From Phoronis australis (lineage: Eukaryota; Animalia; Phoronida), in the NCBI GenBank assembly GCA_002633005.1, contig NMRA01000301.1, positions 186,001-250,000 of the forward strand: a DNA stretch of 64,000 nt, read 5' to 3'. The position numbers and the translations under genes are program-made. Shown piece after piece: positions 13,400 to 27,716 of the stretch. The notes beneath the pieces are model-generated. The model saw only the letters and a list, made by a program, of their open reading frames with translations. It ran no database searches and was not told the DNA's origin. Numbering within the stretch: the stretch's first letter is position 1; each line of letters begins with the position of its first letter.

Positions 13400-14668
13400 A
13401 ATACATTACGATATCTGGTTTTAAATCATATCTCTCAGAGAGGTGCCAGGTTGTATCCCTTGGTGGACATCTGTCCGATTCCCGAGGTATCACACACGGT
13501 GTTCCCCATTGATCCATCATGGGACCTCTGCTGTTTTTACTTTTTATAAATGATCTCTCTTTAGTCTGCGAAAACACGGTTGACATGTATGCAAATGATA
13601 CTACTTTGTCTGTTATGGCAAACTCGCTGATCGCTGTAAAGGACAGACTCCAGTCTGATCTGGATAAGGTTGCTACCTGGTGTACTGATAATAAAATGGT
13701 AATTAATGCTGAAAAAAACAAAATGTACGAGTATTGCCACAGAGCAACGGCATAGTAGAAGTAATCTTGAGCTTAACCTTGCTATTTCCAATGTACGCCT
13801 CAAATATGTTGACAGTGAAAAGTTATTAGGTGTTACTGTAGACAAAAGTCTAACCATATAAATGGGACTGTGTCCAAAATTAGGCAACGCCTTGGTCTTC
13901 TCCGGCGTATATCACCATTTCTTCCCACAGAAGGGCGCCTGCAATATTTCAGCGCTTGTGTATTCCCTCTGTTCGTTTATTGTAGCACAGTATGGTCAGG
14001 ATGCAATGCAAAATTAGTTTCCTCTTTATTGAAGGCTCAAAAGCAGGCGGCCAGACTTGTTGTATGTGTGCCTTTTGACACTCCGTCAACTCATAATAGA
14101 CTGGGGTGGCTCCCTATTGACAAATATCTTATATATAGGCGTCTGTTATTGATGCATAGGTGCTTCCACGGTAATGTACCGACTTATCTATCTTATAATC
14201 TCGTACTTGTTCGAAATAGCCACCAGTTCAGGACAATATTTTCTGCCTCAAAAAATTTGGTTTTGCCCAGACACAGAACATCGTTTTATTCTAAGTCCTT
14301 CTTTATTCAGACCATCAAACAGTGGAACAATTTGCCTAATAGTCTTAAGGATGCTGATTGTTATGATAATTTCAAACACCACCTCATCAGTTACCCGTGG
14401 TCGTCATAGATGTCCCTCCTTCCTGTCTTTCCAATATATTTACCAAAACAATTTATTTATTTATATATCTTTAATTCAATTTGTTTATCCAATTTGTAAA
14501 TACTATTTTATTCAATGTATCTTATTTTATCTTAATTTAATCTGTTTATCTAACTTAATTTAATTAATTTAATTTAATTTCTTGCTGCAGAGGACCATGC
14601 TGGATATTAGCCTTTGGCTAAAGCATGTTTTACATTTATTGTATTTTTATCCTCTTTAAATAAAGTTG

Positions 14669-14751
<83 letters not shown>
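13400..14751 (+). mobile_element. 5'-truncated CR1/L2-group LINE (RT C-terminus, 3' UTR, (TTA)n tail), degenerate
   Basis: WF.KSYLSER.Q, GVPH*SIMGPLLFLLFINDL, YANDTT (YADD variant), KLLGV.VD..L, YCSTVWS, LGWL and WNNLP motifs with stops and frameshifts; AATAAA then (TTA)n. Confidence 0.92.
14671..14751 (+). repeat. (TTA)n microsatellite tail of the LINE
   Basis: Near-perfect TTA run directly after the LINE 3' UTR. Confidence 0.95.
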
Positions 14752-17700
14752 GAAGTCTCGCGTGGCCGTGCGTTTTAGCAATGGTCAAAACACGGATATC
14801 GTCTTTCTCTAACGAAAAGCAGATTACGCTGCCCTATTAGCTACCATGCAGCTTTGCTTGCAGCTGAGGAGACGTGGAGTTTTTTCAGTGATGTTAGATA
14901 ATCGATTATAACTGTCCGGTTCTATCCGATCCCCTTTAGCAACAGTCGGCAACAAGTCGAATTGCTGTAAAACTGGTGCAGACAACGTCGGCTTTATCCG
15001 ACGTCAAGTAAAGTGCACGAGGCAACACCTGTAAGCTGTTCTTACAAGGGGAACAGTTGTCACAGTGCGAGTTGTGCCGGCGCTACTTGCTTTAAACGCA
15101 TCTACACGACATCAAGTTGGATCTCACTCTGGATCAGCATGAGTCATTTACACGAAGACTCTGCACATGCTTCCATAAACAATAGCAAACGTCCAAACAA
15201 CATGGAATGCTAGCGAATCACTCGTATCTATGTCATTACGCTAGAGTAGTTGAGATGTTCCCTTGTTTTCCTCCCCAAAAATGAAGAAATTGGGATTGGT
15301 CAGGTTTGACGGCAGTTTTGTGAACTAAATGGGAAGTGGTTGCCATGAATGGTATTCAGTAGTTCCTTGAAGTTGATTCCAGAAATTTTGCCTCAGCACA
15401 TGTCTACTCGGATACGGCCATGCCGCCATTTTTACATCCTCGTTGCATCTTGACTTCTGGGCGCGAATCCAGGTACCCTTAAGATAAGTGGAAACTGCCA
15501 AAAATCTGCTTGGTATTGACATATTTTAACCTTATTTTTGTGATTTGGAGTGGATAAGTATTCAGATTATGTTCTCCTTTCTTGAACCGGGGCAGTCGTG
15601 AATTTGTTTAGGTAAAAATGGCCGGATCGCAATTTTTGGTCATATTTCGCATCTCATTTTTTCGCGGTGGATGCCCCAAAATAAAAAGACACGGTTTTGT
15701 TGGATTTCTTCATCATTGTGACACCCACAGTACTTTATGCCAGTTATGCTTTTTTCACGGTGCAAACAAGGGCTTCCATTGACCCAGACCAATGATAACG
15801 TCAAAATCAGCCACTCGAGCTGTGGTCTTAGTTCCCCTGATCGAGTGCAGCTTCCTTTACATCTCAAACCGTCGCTTTGTCAACTTGCACCGTTGGTGTC
15901 AGTCGTGTATGCACACACATTCGCGCCCCATCAGCTGTTCCGTGTTTCTTGCTCCGCCGACAACCGTCTCTGTGTAAATGCGGCTGTAGAAATGTTCGGA
16001 GTTGAGTGACGAAATACCTTTTACTCTATACCTTCAAAGTTCCGTGGCGGATTTTCATGAAATTTGGCAAAGACATATCTATATGGATGAGAGAACACCA
16101 CTTTGGCTTCGCCACATTGTGGCTGTTTTAGATGTTTTTAGTCTTTTTTTGACGTATGACGGTCAAATCACTCTAAAATAAGCATGTGTTTGCTCTGCAA
16201 AGTGCATGGGTGACGGCGATTTTTGAATGGGTCTGACTGCTTTGGTGACCTTTTGTGGTAATTTTATCTTCATGAATTTTGGCATACGCGTTGAATCAGT
16301 CGAGTGTAATACGGCCATACGATATTGTTTTCCGTATTCCCTTCCCAGACTACTGCAACAGTGACCTCTGACGTGTAAAGTTCAAAAAGTTAGTCAATGT
16401 CGACTCGGCGTCGTTAGCCGGTTCGATTATCAAACTTTCCTAAAATAGTTTAAGGTAATACAATTGCATCAGTAACACTCAACATGCACTCTGGTCCAAA
16501 ACGTAACATTTGGAACAACACTTAATTATATGGCACCTCTGTCACGCGCCGATTCCTCGCTAACTACATGTACAATGCAAAGTATTGTTGTTATTTACGT
16601 GTAACTATTTTCAGGAAATGTTACAATTTCAATGCCCTATACCCAAAATCGTCGATGCTTTTAGACTAAGTACATGAATTTGGTTCGGTCAGATGCAGAA
16701 AAATCTCGCTTTTATGAATTTTTATCCATTATTTCTCTTTTTATGACCTATATCTTCATTTTGCAACAAATTTGGGCGCAGAAGTAGACATATTTGAATG
16801 CATTTTACTAGCATGTATAGTAAAGTTGATAACTAATGAGTGATACGTTGAAAGGACTATGGTTGAAAAATTTTATGGCATAACTTTCAAAATTCATTTT
16901 CAAGTTGGTATCCCTTAACAAAAGGGCTATTTTGAAGGTTTTTCCTGAAGCCTTTTCAGCCAAATTTGGCACTCTGTACCAGCCATATTGCACCTTTCCA
17001 AAAACTGACCTGATAATGATTTGTTCAGCCATTCCTAACCTGTTCATAATCTAAAATAAAAAATCCTACCTCTTCCGTACTTTTTGCTTACAAAGCATTA
17101 CACGTGAAGTGCACTTGGTCCTATTTGCCTGTTCTCAGTTGCCCCAACCACCAACACGGGGCTCTTGGAACTTGTAATTAGCTCGTAAAAACACGACGTA
17201 GATAGCTTGTATCTTTGCGAAAAAACAGACAGCATTACTAATTACCATAGCCTGATAACCACACTGATGATTATTGCTTATTACAAAAATGTACATAAAT
17301 TATGACTGGCATGCGTGTTTCGTCTATATGATAGATGGAGTCTCTGTATGTTTCCATGGAGACCGCGAACGCGACTAGAAGATGAATCTGCCTTGCTCAT
17401 TGTAATTTTGTGTTCATATTGTTATGTACCCGCAGGTTAGTACACAGGTCTTCGCCGGTAGCCAGAAATTTGGCGTTCACAGCCTTTCCCCCCGGTCACC
17501 CCCAAACATCGAAATCGAATAATCATGACAGTGCGGCAAACATTCAAGGTCAACAGAAAACAATTCATAAAAAAAATTTTATCAATGACTCAGTTCATTA
17601 GGTCAACAAAGTTCAACACAAGTAACAGTCTGGACATCAAACATTCCGAGTGGCTGCCTCTGTGGCGTAGCAAGGGGGGGGGGGGGGGNNNNNNNNNNNN

Positions 17701-20700
17701 NNNNNNNNNNNNNNNNNNNNNNNNNNNNNNNNNNCCGGGTTGCATGAAACAGTCCCAAATAGAGACTCAACTAAGTCCCATAAATCATTTGCCTATTTGC
17801 GTCTTTGTTCACTCACAGACGTAATCTTTTTCTATCATTTCATTTTTATTATGATCTCCTCTTTGACTAAAATCAGTTCCTAATATTCGGACAATCGCCG
17901 CACAAATAAAAACAGTTCACGTTGATTCGACGTTTTGTCTACTCATTAGACATCATCAGGCTATATACAATAAGACCTCAAGTGTCTACATAGCCGCCGA
18001 CCCCCTTCTCAAACTTAATATGATATGTCAAGCAAAACTCGGATTTGAATGATTAACTTCGCCTATTTAATGTGCTGCTTGTTGACTGTAACATGCTCGA
18101 TAGATCCCCGTCCTGACACTTAACTAGAGGCAGCAGATGCAAAAGTATTGGCTTATGTGGGAACGTAATAGGATGCCATTCATTTGCATTCTTGAGCTGC
18201 TAAAACCAGACAGATTTTATACAAAATTACTTTCATATTAACCACGTGGAAATGACAAGCATTACTGCTAAACAGTTTTAACTGTAGTATTAAAATACTA
18301 CAGCAATGTCAAATAAATGTTGTCCTCGTTCAGGTGCAATTTTGTTGCATTGACTTCTCCAGTGAAACAGTGAAGAGCTCACATCGTATCATTCAAAGTT
18401 TTACAAAAACAGCAATGTGGGACAGCATCTCATCGTGGTGGTAAATTAAGTGACATGTTTTAATATGAATTAAGTTAGTTTTGAAGTGTTACTAAGGTTA
18501 TGTAGGACCTTAACGACATATCTGTGCATTTAATAAAATATTTAGAAAACAATACATTTTTAAAACTTGGTATTAGTACGCCAAGCATCAAAATATCAAC
18601 CAACCGTCGATTTGTCCTACAACGTTGCGCTCACCCCCACCCGTCACTAGTTCTAACAATGCTTTATCACAACCCTGCCGTACCGGGGACATGCACCTGT
18701 ATCAACAGTGATACACAAATCCCAGCTTGCGAATACACAGTCGTCCTCTATGAATGTGCATATTTACATGTTTCAAAACTAGTTTAAGTGTCCAACAAAA
18801 ATGTCCTTAATTTCACCTACAGTACAATCTGAACGTACAATCTAGAAGTACCGCGAAAGATCTCAAAGATCATGTGGCCCGTAAACGTGAACGATCATGG
18901 AAAATTCTAACATCTGAATGTACAGGGTCACGTAGCAACTTCAATTCAGGAGCCGCTTTCAAAATGTAATCCGTAACGTTGATTTTTCTGGAACTATCTA
19001 CTCCGAAGTGTTATTTTTGAATGGGTCCGAAACGTAATAATTACACACCTTGTAACAGGTGTTCGGTAAGAATAGACGTTCATATAGTTCTGTCCTTATA
19101 AGCCCAAAGCAGGAAAGACACAAATATTTTCTGAAGTCACGACTCAGCCGTCCATTCTTTTACGAGCCTTGAAAATTCCTCCAGCGTTTCGTCTTTCTAC
19201 AAAATAATCATTTGCAGTCAAGCGGCTGCTGGCTGTTCAAACTTTACTGCTAATTTTTGCCTCAAACCCAATGTTTACCTAAATATATACACAAAAACAC
19301 GAACGCGCGCTCACACACATATGTATGTGTTTTAGCATTATTTACCATTTTCTGTCCGCCTGGGTGTATTGCATGGTTATATGTGTGAATAGGTGCATGA
19401 GTCGTTGCGTGCTTTGTGAACACAGTAACGGAAAATGAATCAGTTTTAAGAAGGAACATTTGTCGAGCAATGTCACTGGAGAGTCAAACGTCAAGATAAA
19501 ACAACGAATCTTCCCAAGTTAATAAGCAATACATATGTAAACTTAATCCCTTGCTTCGTCACCTCTTTGCGAATTTAAAACAGTAACCTGTGTCCCTAAA
19601 CCAATAAACATCACGGTGTGGTTTATTAATTTATTTTTCGGACACCCTGTCTTACCTTGCTACTCACCATACGGTATCCAATCCAATCGTGTCTTAGAAC
19701 TGCTGAAATTTCCATACTCACTTTGAAGAAACAAAAACGCGCATAGTTGGCGCCCATGTCGCTGTTTTCTGGTCCATAAAACAATAAGCCGGGCATCACA
19801 GCTATAGACTTGGTTTTGCGGTTATTCAGGAAGAAAATGCGAGACTTTCATCAGTCTCGCCTTTCCAAAAACCTACGCAAGAACGACAAATGCGTCGATA
19901 TACTTTATAGCAGAAGTAAGCCCGACTCACTTATACTGATATAAAATGGAACTTAGCTTATTCCGTGCTCAGATTAGCAGCAATTTATGGTCTTGGAAAA
20001 CTGGTGGATGTCATTTGTATACTTAAGACCATGCCTGGGCCATATAACTCTTGGGTCAAGTAACTTACTGAGCTCGCTAGTCTTGAACTAAGAACTATCC
20101 ATTCTTGAGAAGCCCGGGTATCATTTCGAATGTTATTAAGCGACCTTTTTGAAACCAATACGCAAGTGATTTAGATCAAAATTTAGCTTTTTGAAAGAAA
20201 GTAGACTTACAGAAAAAAGTACAGGCGGTTCGATACCTGAAAAGCATCGGACGTGCTCGGGCCACGTAGGTCGGGCCCGTTGCACAAAACACCTGATTTA
20301 AAACACACGACAAACAGAAGCGACGCACAACGAAATAATGCCAAGGGGATTCAGAAATGGTGACATAAACATATACGTTATACCACGCTGCCCTGATATC
20401 CTATCAAGATCTCATTTATATGGTTGAATTTGATATAGAAATTGCCGTAGTGCTACTGGAATCTCATTTCTCTGATCGCCAATGGAAATATTTCTAAATT
20501 TAAATTCTTTTTTGGTTATTCAGTCATTTTTTGCGTTAGAGTACCATTTTCACCATAGGCAACAAAAAAGTGAAGTGCAGTTGACCAGGCGACCAAATGC
20601 AGTAACCACGACAACCAGTTTCATTGTGTACTAGCTGGGAACTCGGAAGGCCATAACGAATTTCCACTCCAACAGAAATTCTTACAACAGACTTCCGACC

Positions 20701-22041
20701 AACTGAATTCGTACAGGCGGAGCCTTTCATCATTGTCGTACATATATTTCTTCCAAATCTTCGATAATTCAAATTTTAGATCCCAAGATCATTCAATGTT
20801 TTAGAACTTGAAATTTGTCACTTTCTAACTTTAATTATGACCAGTTCGCATCAAACTCCAGTGTGCCACGGCATAGCTGTTGTGGAAAGAATTTCAAAAA
20901 ACGTTGTGAGCATGTCGTTTTTGGGCTTACACAGACATTGTCCATTAAAAATTGTACTTGGTCCCCCTCACGACATCCTAAATCCGCCAGTGTTATCTCT
21001 AATTTTCTTATTGCAATCATGTCAGGAGAAACATTAGACATTTTGAAGATTTGATTTATCTACTTGCGCATAAAACTACGAAGTACACAACTTGATAACC
21101 ATAAATACGCCCGGGCCTGTCTGCCACAATCTGTGAATATCAATAGTTTGGTTATACAATTAAGGAGGTCACCCAAAGGAACCGTAAAAACATGTACTGT
21201 CGATGTAATGAAAGGTTTTAGACGTGTTGGGTTAGGTCATAGTCGTGTGAAGCAGGAGACCCAGTAGCAGGTAATAGGGCAGACGTTCTTAATTCTAAAA
21301 CTCTTACTAATGAAACAACGCAGGATTCCGCTTATGTTTTATTACTACAGCATGAAGTTGACACAAGGAGGGATGATACTAAAACAGTAAGGTAAAAACA
21401 ATCATGAAAAAGTCACAATCACATGTAGCAAACAGAACCCCTGATTCACTAGTAGTGAGACAAGTTTCTCCCACAGTAAACATGTTAGGATACCTGTCTG
21501 GCCAGTTCCAAGAAGGAAGTTAATTAAATGTTGACAACAGTGATACATAATAACACTAATTGGCAAGTTCAAATGTCTTCAATCTGATTGGATAGTGAAC
21601 CTAGAATATCACAACATTCTAAATTTTAAGCCAACATTGGATTTTGTGAGACAATGATTACATAACCCAGCTTGAGAGCAACCATCTCTACAAGCAAACT
21701 TACACTGCCCCACCACATGTTGGCACGAGGGTCGATCATTTAATGTTATAGTCAGTAAGCGCAATGAGTTTTCGTGAAACATGGTACCATTGATACATCA
21801 GAAATCTCAACACTTGGTAATCCTCATCAACACACGGCGGGTATGTCCATATCCTCTGAAACTCAGTACTATGAGTTTAGATAACACCAGCCATCATGTA
21901 GACATCTGTGGCATAGTCCATACACTCAGCGCAGATAAAGCTAGGCCAAGGGATGCTCCATTGAAAGACAGTGTCAGTCAGGGTTTGCGTTACCTTCTTC
22001 TCTTATGAGCTGTGTTCACAGAACGATCTTTAAGGGAACAA

Positions 22042-23475
22042 CTATATAGGAGGTTAAGGATCAAATTCCACTGATCATTCTCCACCGTTTATAACTAGTA
22101 AATCACAGAGTAATTAAAGTAATACTCTAAACTGACAGTCAAAAAAATGTTGTGTGACAAAATTGGCAATAGTTGGATATAACGTGCCCATATTTTGAGA
22201 ACCAGTTTGATGCCCATTATTCAGTGGAGAAAACTGGTTCTCAAAATGCGGGCACGTTATATCCCACCATTACCATGAAATTTACACTAATTCAAAAGTG
22301 AAGATCCTGGGCCATCTTTCCTACTTATTCTTAACCCTGTAAATAATGAATTTGACAAAGTCAGTGCAGGAGACTGTGCTCACTATAGACGTTCCTACAA
22401 TTTCAGTCAGTAAATGTTTGAATCTTACCTGAGTCATGAAGGATTGTCACAACATTTTTATTGTCATATTTTTATTCTCTAACTTCATTTTGTAGTTTTC
22501 TGAATATTGGCTTTCAGGATACGCCGCCTATATGGCGTATTTGAAAAGGGTGCATGCCCACAACAAACCTCGGGAAATAAAAGTAAACCAAAAGCACATG
22601 ATCAATGAATTTCAAATGCAAATCTTTTCCATACAATCTTTATTGAAAAAGGTACATATTACTTGTATCACTAAGGATAATGCCCAGTGAATTTTCCATT
22701 ATAGTGGACGACATATTTAGTAAAGATAAGCTTAGGCCGATTATTCGGACTCCCAAATGTATTTGACATTTGGTCTAAAAATTCCATCTGCCAAATATAG
22801 GTCCTGGATTTATACTAAACATACTGTCAATACTGATTTTCTTACATTTTGTGTGAATAACTTCAGTTGCTATTTGAGCAATGACCCAATTTAAAAGCAG
22901 ATTGCGCTGCAAAGCGCATGGGACATGTTTTCAAAATGGCATGATGCATCGAGGGTTTTTGATCTATGCTACAACTTGTGCTGGCAGCCAGGGAGCCAAA
23001 AGAATGGTTCATATGCAGAGAAAATAAACAGAGCTTATTAGAAAAGAGAACACTGTTACCAAGAACTGCAAGAGGAGGGTAGTCTATCTAACAGAATCCT
23101 GTTTCTGACTCCCGGATAGCTGGTTTTTGAATCCATAGCGCACTCCCAGGTATGTTTAACACAAGGCTCATGCAATTCAATGGATATTCAGAGCAGTGAA
23201 TCTGATCTGTCATGCAAGTGTTCAACATGTGAACATTCAAATGAGACAACATTAAACAGTAGGAAGTAACAAGAGACCGCACTTAATAACACTTTAGGAC
23301 AAAAACAATGTGACTAAAAGTTCTATTTCTGCACAGTGTACTTGAAAATTAAACACATTATTCTCTGAGCCAACATATGAACGCCAAGCTTTATTTTAGT
23401 CGCCTCTGATCACATGCAAGCTAGGCACTGCAACACCTATTCACAGTTGCATACAAAGCATGTTAAAAAGGATAC
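22042..23475 (-). other. U12-type (minor spliceosome) GT-AG intron
   Basis: Donor GTATCCTTT (23475-23467), branch point TCCTTAAC (22060-22053), AG at 22043-22042. Splicing gives in-frame GCSLKDRSVNTAHKRRR*. Confidence 0.85.
22165..22273. repeat. Inverted repeat / MITE-like hairpin (~45 bp arms) inside the U12 intron
   Basis: GGATATAACGTGCCCATATTTTGAGAACCAGTTT pairs with AAACTGGTTCTCAAAATGCGGGCACGTTATATCC. Confidence 0.85.
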
Positions 23476-26190
23476 CCTTCCACATCAAACTGATGTCTCG
23501 GGAGACCGGTCATTATGAACTCCTTGGACGTACGAGGTATGCCAGCACACAAGGCAGGTTGACACTGGGCCAAGTCCTCTTCACAGTTGACCACTACTGT
23601 ACGGTCAGCAAACTTGTTGGGTAGTGATGACACAGACACTGTCCACCCAAACATGTTATGATGTCTGGTGGGGATAAATACAATACTACAGGCAATGTCA
23701 GTTGTGAAACACAGGATAATGGATGAACAATTGATAAAATTACAGTGACCTTATTACAGAGAGTGAAAACTGATGCATGCGCATGCTAGAGCATAGATTT
23801 TGGAATACGAGTCAACCAATCCAGAATCCTGGAACTGTCACCTAGGCGATTGTCAACTACTGCAAGCTGGGAGTTTATATCATATAACTGCTACCTGTTC
23901 ACTCCTATCTCTGATAAAATGAACTTTCGGCTGCTTGAAATCCTTCTAAAATTAAGTGATCTTTACACATTCTGCTAACTATGCTGCTTTGGATGGTCAA
24001 TATACCACAATTCTATTATGTATATGTCTAATTTCATCTGTAAATCGGTCAATGAATGTATAAACGTCAAAATTGCAATGGAATCGAAAATTAATACATG
24101 AATGAAGAAAGTGATGTTTGACACCCAGAACATAGTTTACAGTGGCTTTTATGTTTCCATCAAACTTTGTATAGTCATGTGATGTAAAATGTTGGTACAA
24201 AATAATGGGTAGACATTATGCTTAACACTGCTATGTTCACACCACTAGTAAAGAAATAACCATTGTTACTGTTTGAGGCCATGCTAAGCACATCAAATGA
24301 CTTGTCACACTACAACTACAACCCAGTCTCAAGCAATAACAAACTACCAGTTCCGCCCTTGCCCTCAAATCAATTCTAAGCAACAATTAGATACTAACGT
24401 CATAACAGTACGTTGTCTAAATCAAAAGTTAATTTTTAATAAAAGCAGATACATAACAGCTTTAACCATACATGTCCGATATTTGCATGAACTTAACTTC
24501 GCATGACCATAACAAAAATATGATTTTACGCAAGGCAAGCATGTACTAAAGTTAGAGGCACACACACTCATACGTAAATTCAAAGTCAGACAGTTTCCAT
24601 GCAAGCACAATTGAAATACTCCCATTACCCTTCATTTCCTTTGGAGGAGGTTTGACAGACTTGGTCACATGTATTCTGTAGCCTGTAAACAGTGGTGCCT
24701 CACTGGACTTGTCCAAGGTACGGGTAAAGCTAGTCTTGTACTCTTTCTCACATTTGTCATCTTTCAGAGTAAATGAACGCGTGTCTGTAAAAGTATCCAG
24801 AAAACAATTTAACAAGGAACAGAACTTTTCAAGAGTGATTACATCACATGTATCGAGAACATCTAAGGAATAAAAATCAACTTAATTTGACTTGTCTATA
24901 TTGAAAAATAATTTAATACTAGACTATTTAATTCTTTGAAAAGAATCCTGATTTTTAAAATCTCAAACTTTAGCTGCTACTATGACAACTCCAAGTTAGT
25001 TAAGTGGAAACATCCTCCCAACACTTTTATCTTAACTGAAAAATCCCCCGCCCCCTCTCCCCTCCCCCCTCATCTGTAAATGCCTAAGAGAGCAATTGAG
25101 AGAATGGTTACATGATCCACAAACACAAGGGTCTTTTATCTTTTAACACAATAGACTACACTGACCAATAAAGATGTGGTATCTCTACAGCCCTTCAGCC
25201 ACTTTGGGTTCACTACAGGAATGCCTTTAGCAATGTAACACATGAATTTGGCCGTTCGACGCACCTGAAAATCACAAGTCGGTGTTGAGGAAAATGCACA
25301 TAACACATCAATAATGAATGCTCTTTAGGGAGCCTAAATTTAAACTAAGATGAAAGAAGTTTTGAGAGTTTAGACAGCAACTAAGGGGCTGGTTACGAGA
25401 TCCACTCTAACAGCAGTAGAAGCTTGGGGGTGTTTTATTTAAATTGCAAAACGTTCACAATTGGGGGTGTTTTAGTTAAATTGCTAAACGTTCACAATAG
25501 TCACCAATTGCTAACCACATGTGTCCAGAGACAATAGTCGAGTATCTAAGGATTATAGTTGTGTTAATTCCTAATCTAATCAAATCCTCAGACAGATGAT
25601 AAAAGTTATTACCATTACCTCATCTGTGACAAGGTGGGTTGCCTGAATTGGTGATTTGGCTATTTCTCCACCAAAAACTTGGATTATCTACAACAGACAG
25701 TAGAGGAATTATTGAGAATGTTTCGCACTGCAAATCTCACTTGATTTTACATAACAATTTTCAGCTAAAAAATTTCCTGCTGAATAACATACAAAGAGTC
25801 ACATTAATTGTATGAATAAAAGTGTACGCCAACAGCAGCCATTCAGGAAGCAATTATGGAGACCTATGTTCTTATCATTGAATTGTTTACTTTCCAGTGA
25901 ACAGTTTGCAAGTGGAACTTTAAACAAAGTATCAATGGAAAACAACACACCAGTTCTGCTCAGTTACCGCAAAACACCACTTTAAACTTAAAGATACCTT
26001 TGTGAAACTGTCTTCACTGACACCAGTGAAGATAATTCTGGGCTTGCTAATCTTCCTGTAGGACCTGCCTGGGGAAGCCTGAAAAGTATAACTCAAACAA
26101 GTGACAATATGAATATGTGACCAATAGGTGGCGAGCAGACCAGACTTAAAAACGTCTGTTAATGAAATAAGAATTAACGTCCAGGTTATA

Positions 26191-27477
26191 AACAAGAGCA
26201 ACGCGGAGCGTTGAAATGCGCCCACAATTGCACCGCATACGGTATCCTTCTAGGGTTGTTTATTGGTACCATAAATTGGCCAGTAGAGGGCATACTTTGC
26301 AAAATGGAAAGGCATGGTCATAGTCTCCTCAATAGGCTAGGGGCAAAATGTGAGTTATCTTCATAATACAAGCACATCCTATACACCATTTGCTTAAAGC
26401 ACCACAGAAACATAGAATTAAAAACAAATTTACCAACATACGAGATTAGCACAGCATTAGAATGCCAGAAACAAATTTCTACTTAGAACTTTTCCTTCAC
26501 AGTCACGAAGTAACACAAAGTATACACCTGAAGACCTATGAAAATACAGAGGTCAATGTAAAATACTAAAATTGCCACTAGAGGCAAATACTAAAATTGC
26601 CACAAGAGGCATACCGGTAGTCAGAATCATCCTAAAGTCGTCATCGTCCGTTGTCAACATCACATAAATACACTTGCTAAATTTAGTAAAGATCCTGCAA
26701 ACGGTTTGGGAGATACAGCCATGGGCGCAAAAAAACAAAACTGCCACTAGGAGGCGCCACAGTAGTCCAAATCGTCTGAAAATCATTGTCAGCTGTCTTC
26801 CTTATAGTAAGCACATACACGCCAATTTTCACAATCATCNNNNNNNNNNNNNNNNNNNNNNNNNNNNNNNNNNNNNNNNNNNNNNNNNNNNNNNNNNNNN
26901 NNNNNNNNNNNNNNNNNNNNNNNNNNNNNNNNNNNNNNNNNNNNNNNNNNNNNNNNNNNNNNNNNNNNNNNNNNNNNNNNNNNNNNNNNNNNNNNNNNNN
27001 NNNNNNNNNNNNNNNNNNNNNNNNNNNNNNNNNNNNNNNNNNNNNNNNNNNNNNNNNNNNNNNNNNNNNNNNNNNNNNNNNNNNNNNNNNNNNNNNNNNN
27101 NNNNNNNNNNNNNNNNNNNNNNNNNNNNNNNNNNNNNNNNNNNNNNNNNNNNNNNNNNNNNNNNNNNNNNNNNNNNNNNNNNNNNNNNNNNNNNNNNNNN
27201 NACCAAATTTCATGAAAATCCGTTCAGGACTTTTGAAGATACAAAGGTAAGCGTAAAAAACTAAAATTGCCACTAGGGGGCACATCGGTAGTCGGATCCG
27301 TCCGAAAGTTCGCACATGCCGTCCCATTCATGAATGGAACATATGTGCCAAATTTCATGAACGTATGTCGAAGGGTTTTGGAGATAGAGCAGCGGACGCC
27401 AGACGCCGGACGGACGGACGGACGGACAGAGATGACGGCATAATGCGTCCACATATAAATATGTGGGCGCATAAAAA
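26191..27477 (-). mobile_element. Helentron-associated (HINE/DINE-1/pearl-like) non-autonomous element
   Basis: On the minus strand: TTTTTATGCGCCCAC start, stem-loop (GCGCCCACATAT/ATATGTGGACGC), (CCGT)n microsatellite, TTCATGAAATTTGG core repeats, subterminal IR GTGGGCGCAT, short 3' hairpin and CTTGTT end. Internal N-gap. Confidence 0.8.
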
Positions 27478-27716
27478 TTGATGTTTTAAAATGAAGGACT
27501 CCCATGCAATAACTGTCAAAGGATGATAAAGGAAGTTACCATGAAAAAGTTTTGGTGTTTATTGATATAATTCAGGTTTGAGGAGCAATTGCTTAAATAT
27601 ATGACAAAAGTAGAGATGGAAAAGGCTGGTGGCACTCAAATAAAACTTTCCGATATTATAATCTATGATCTTTTCATCAAAAGTTAAACAAAATTTTGAA
27701 GATGTGTTACATTTGC

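Noticed and set aside
14755-14790. tRNA/SINE A-box-like sequence after the LINE tail
   Set aside because: No B-box or cloverleaf follows.
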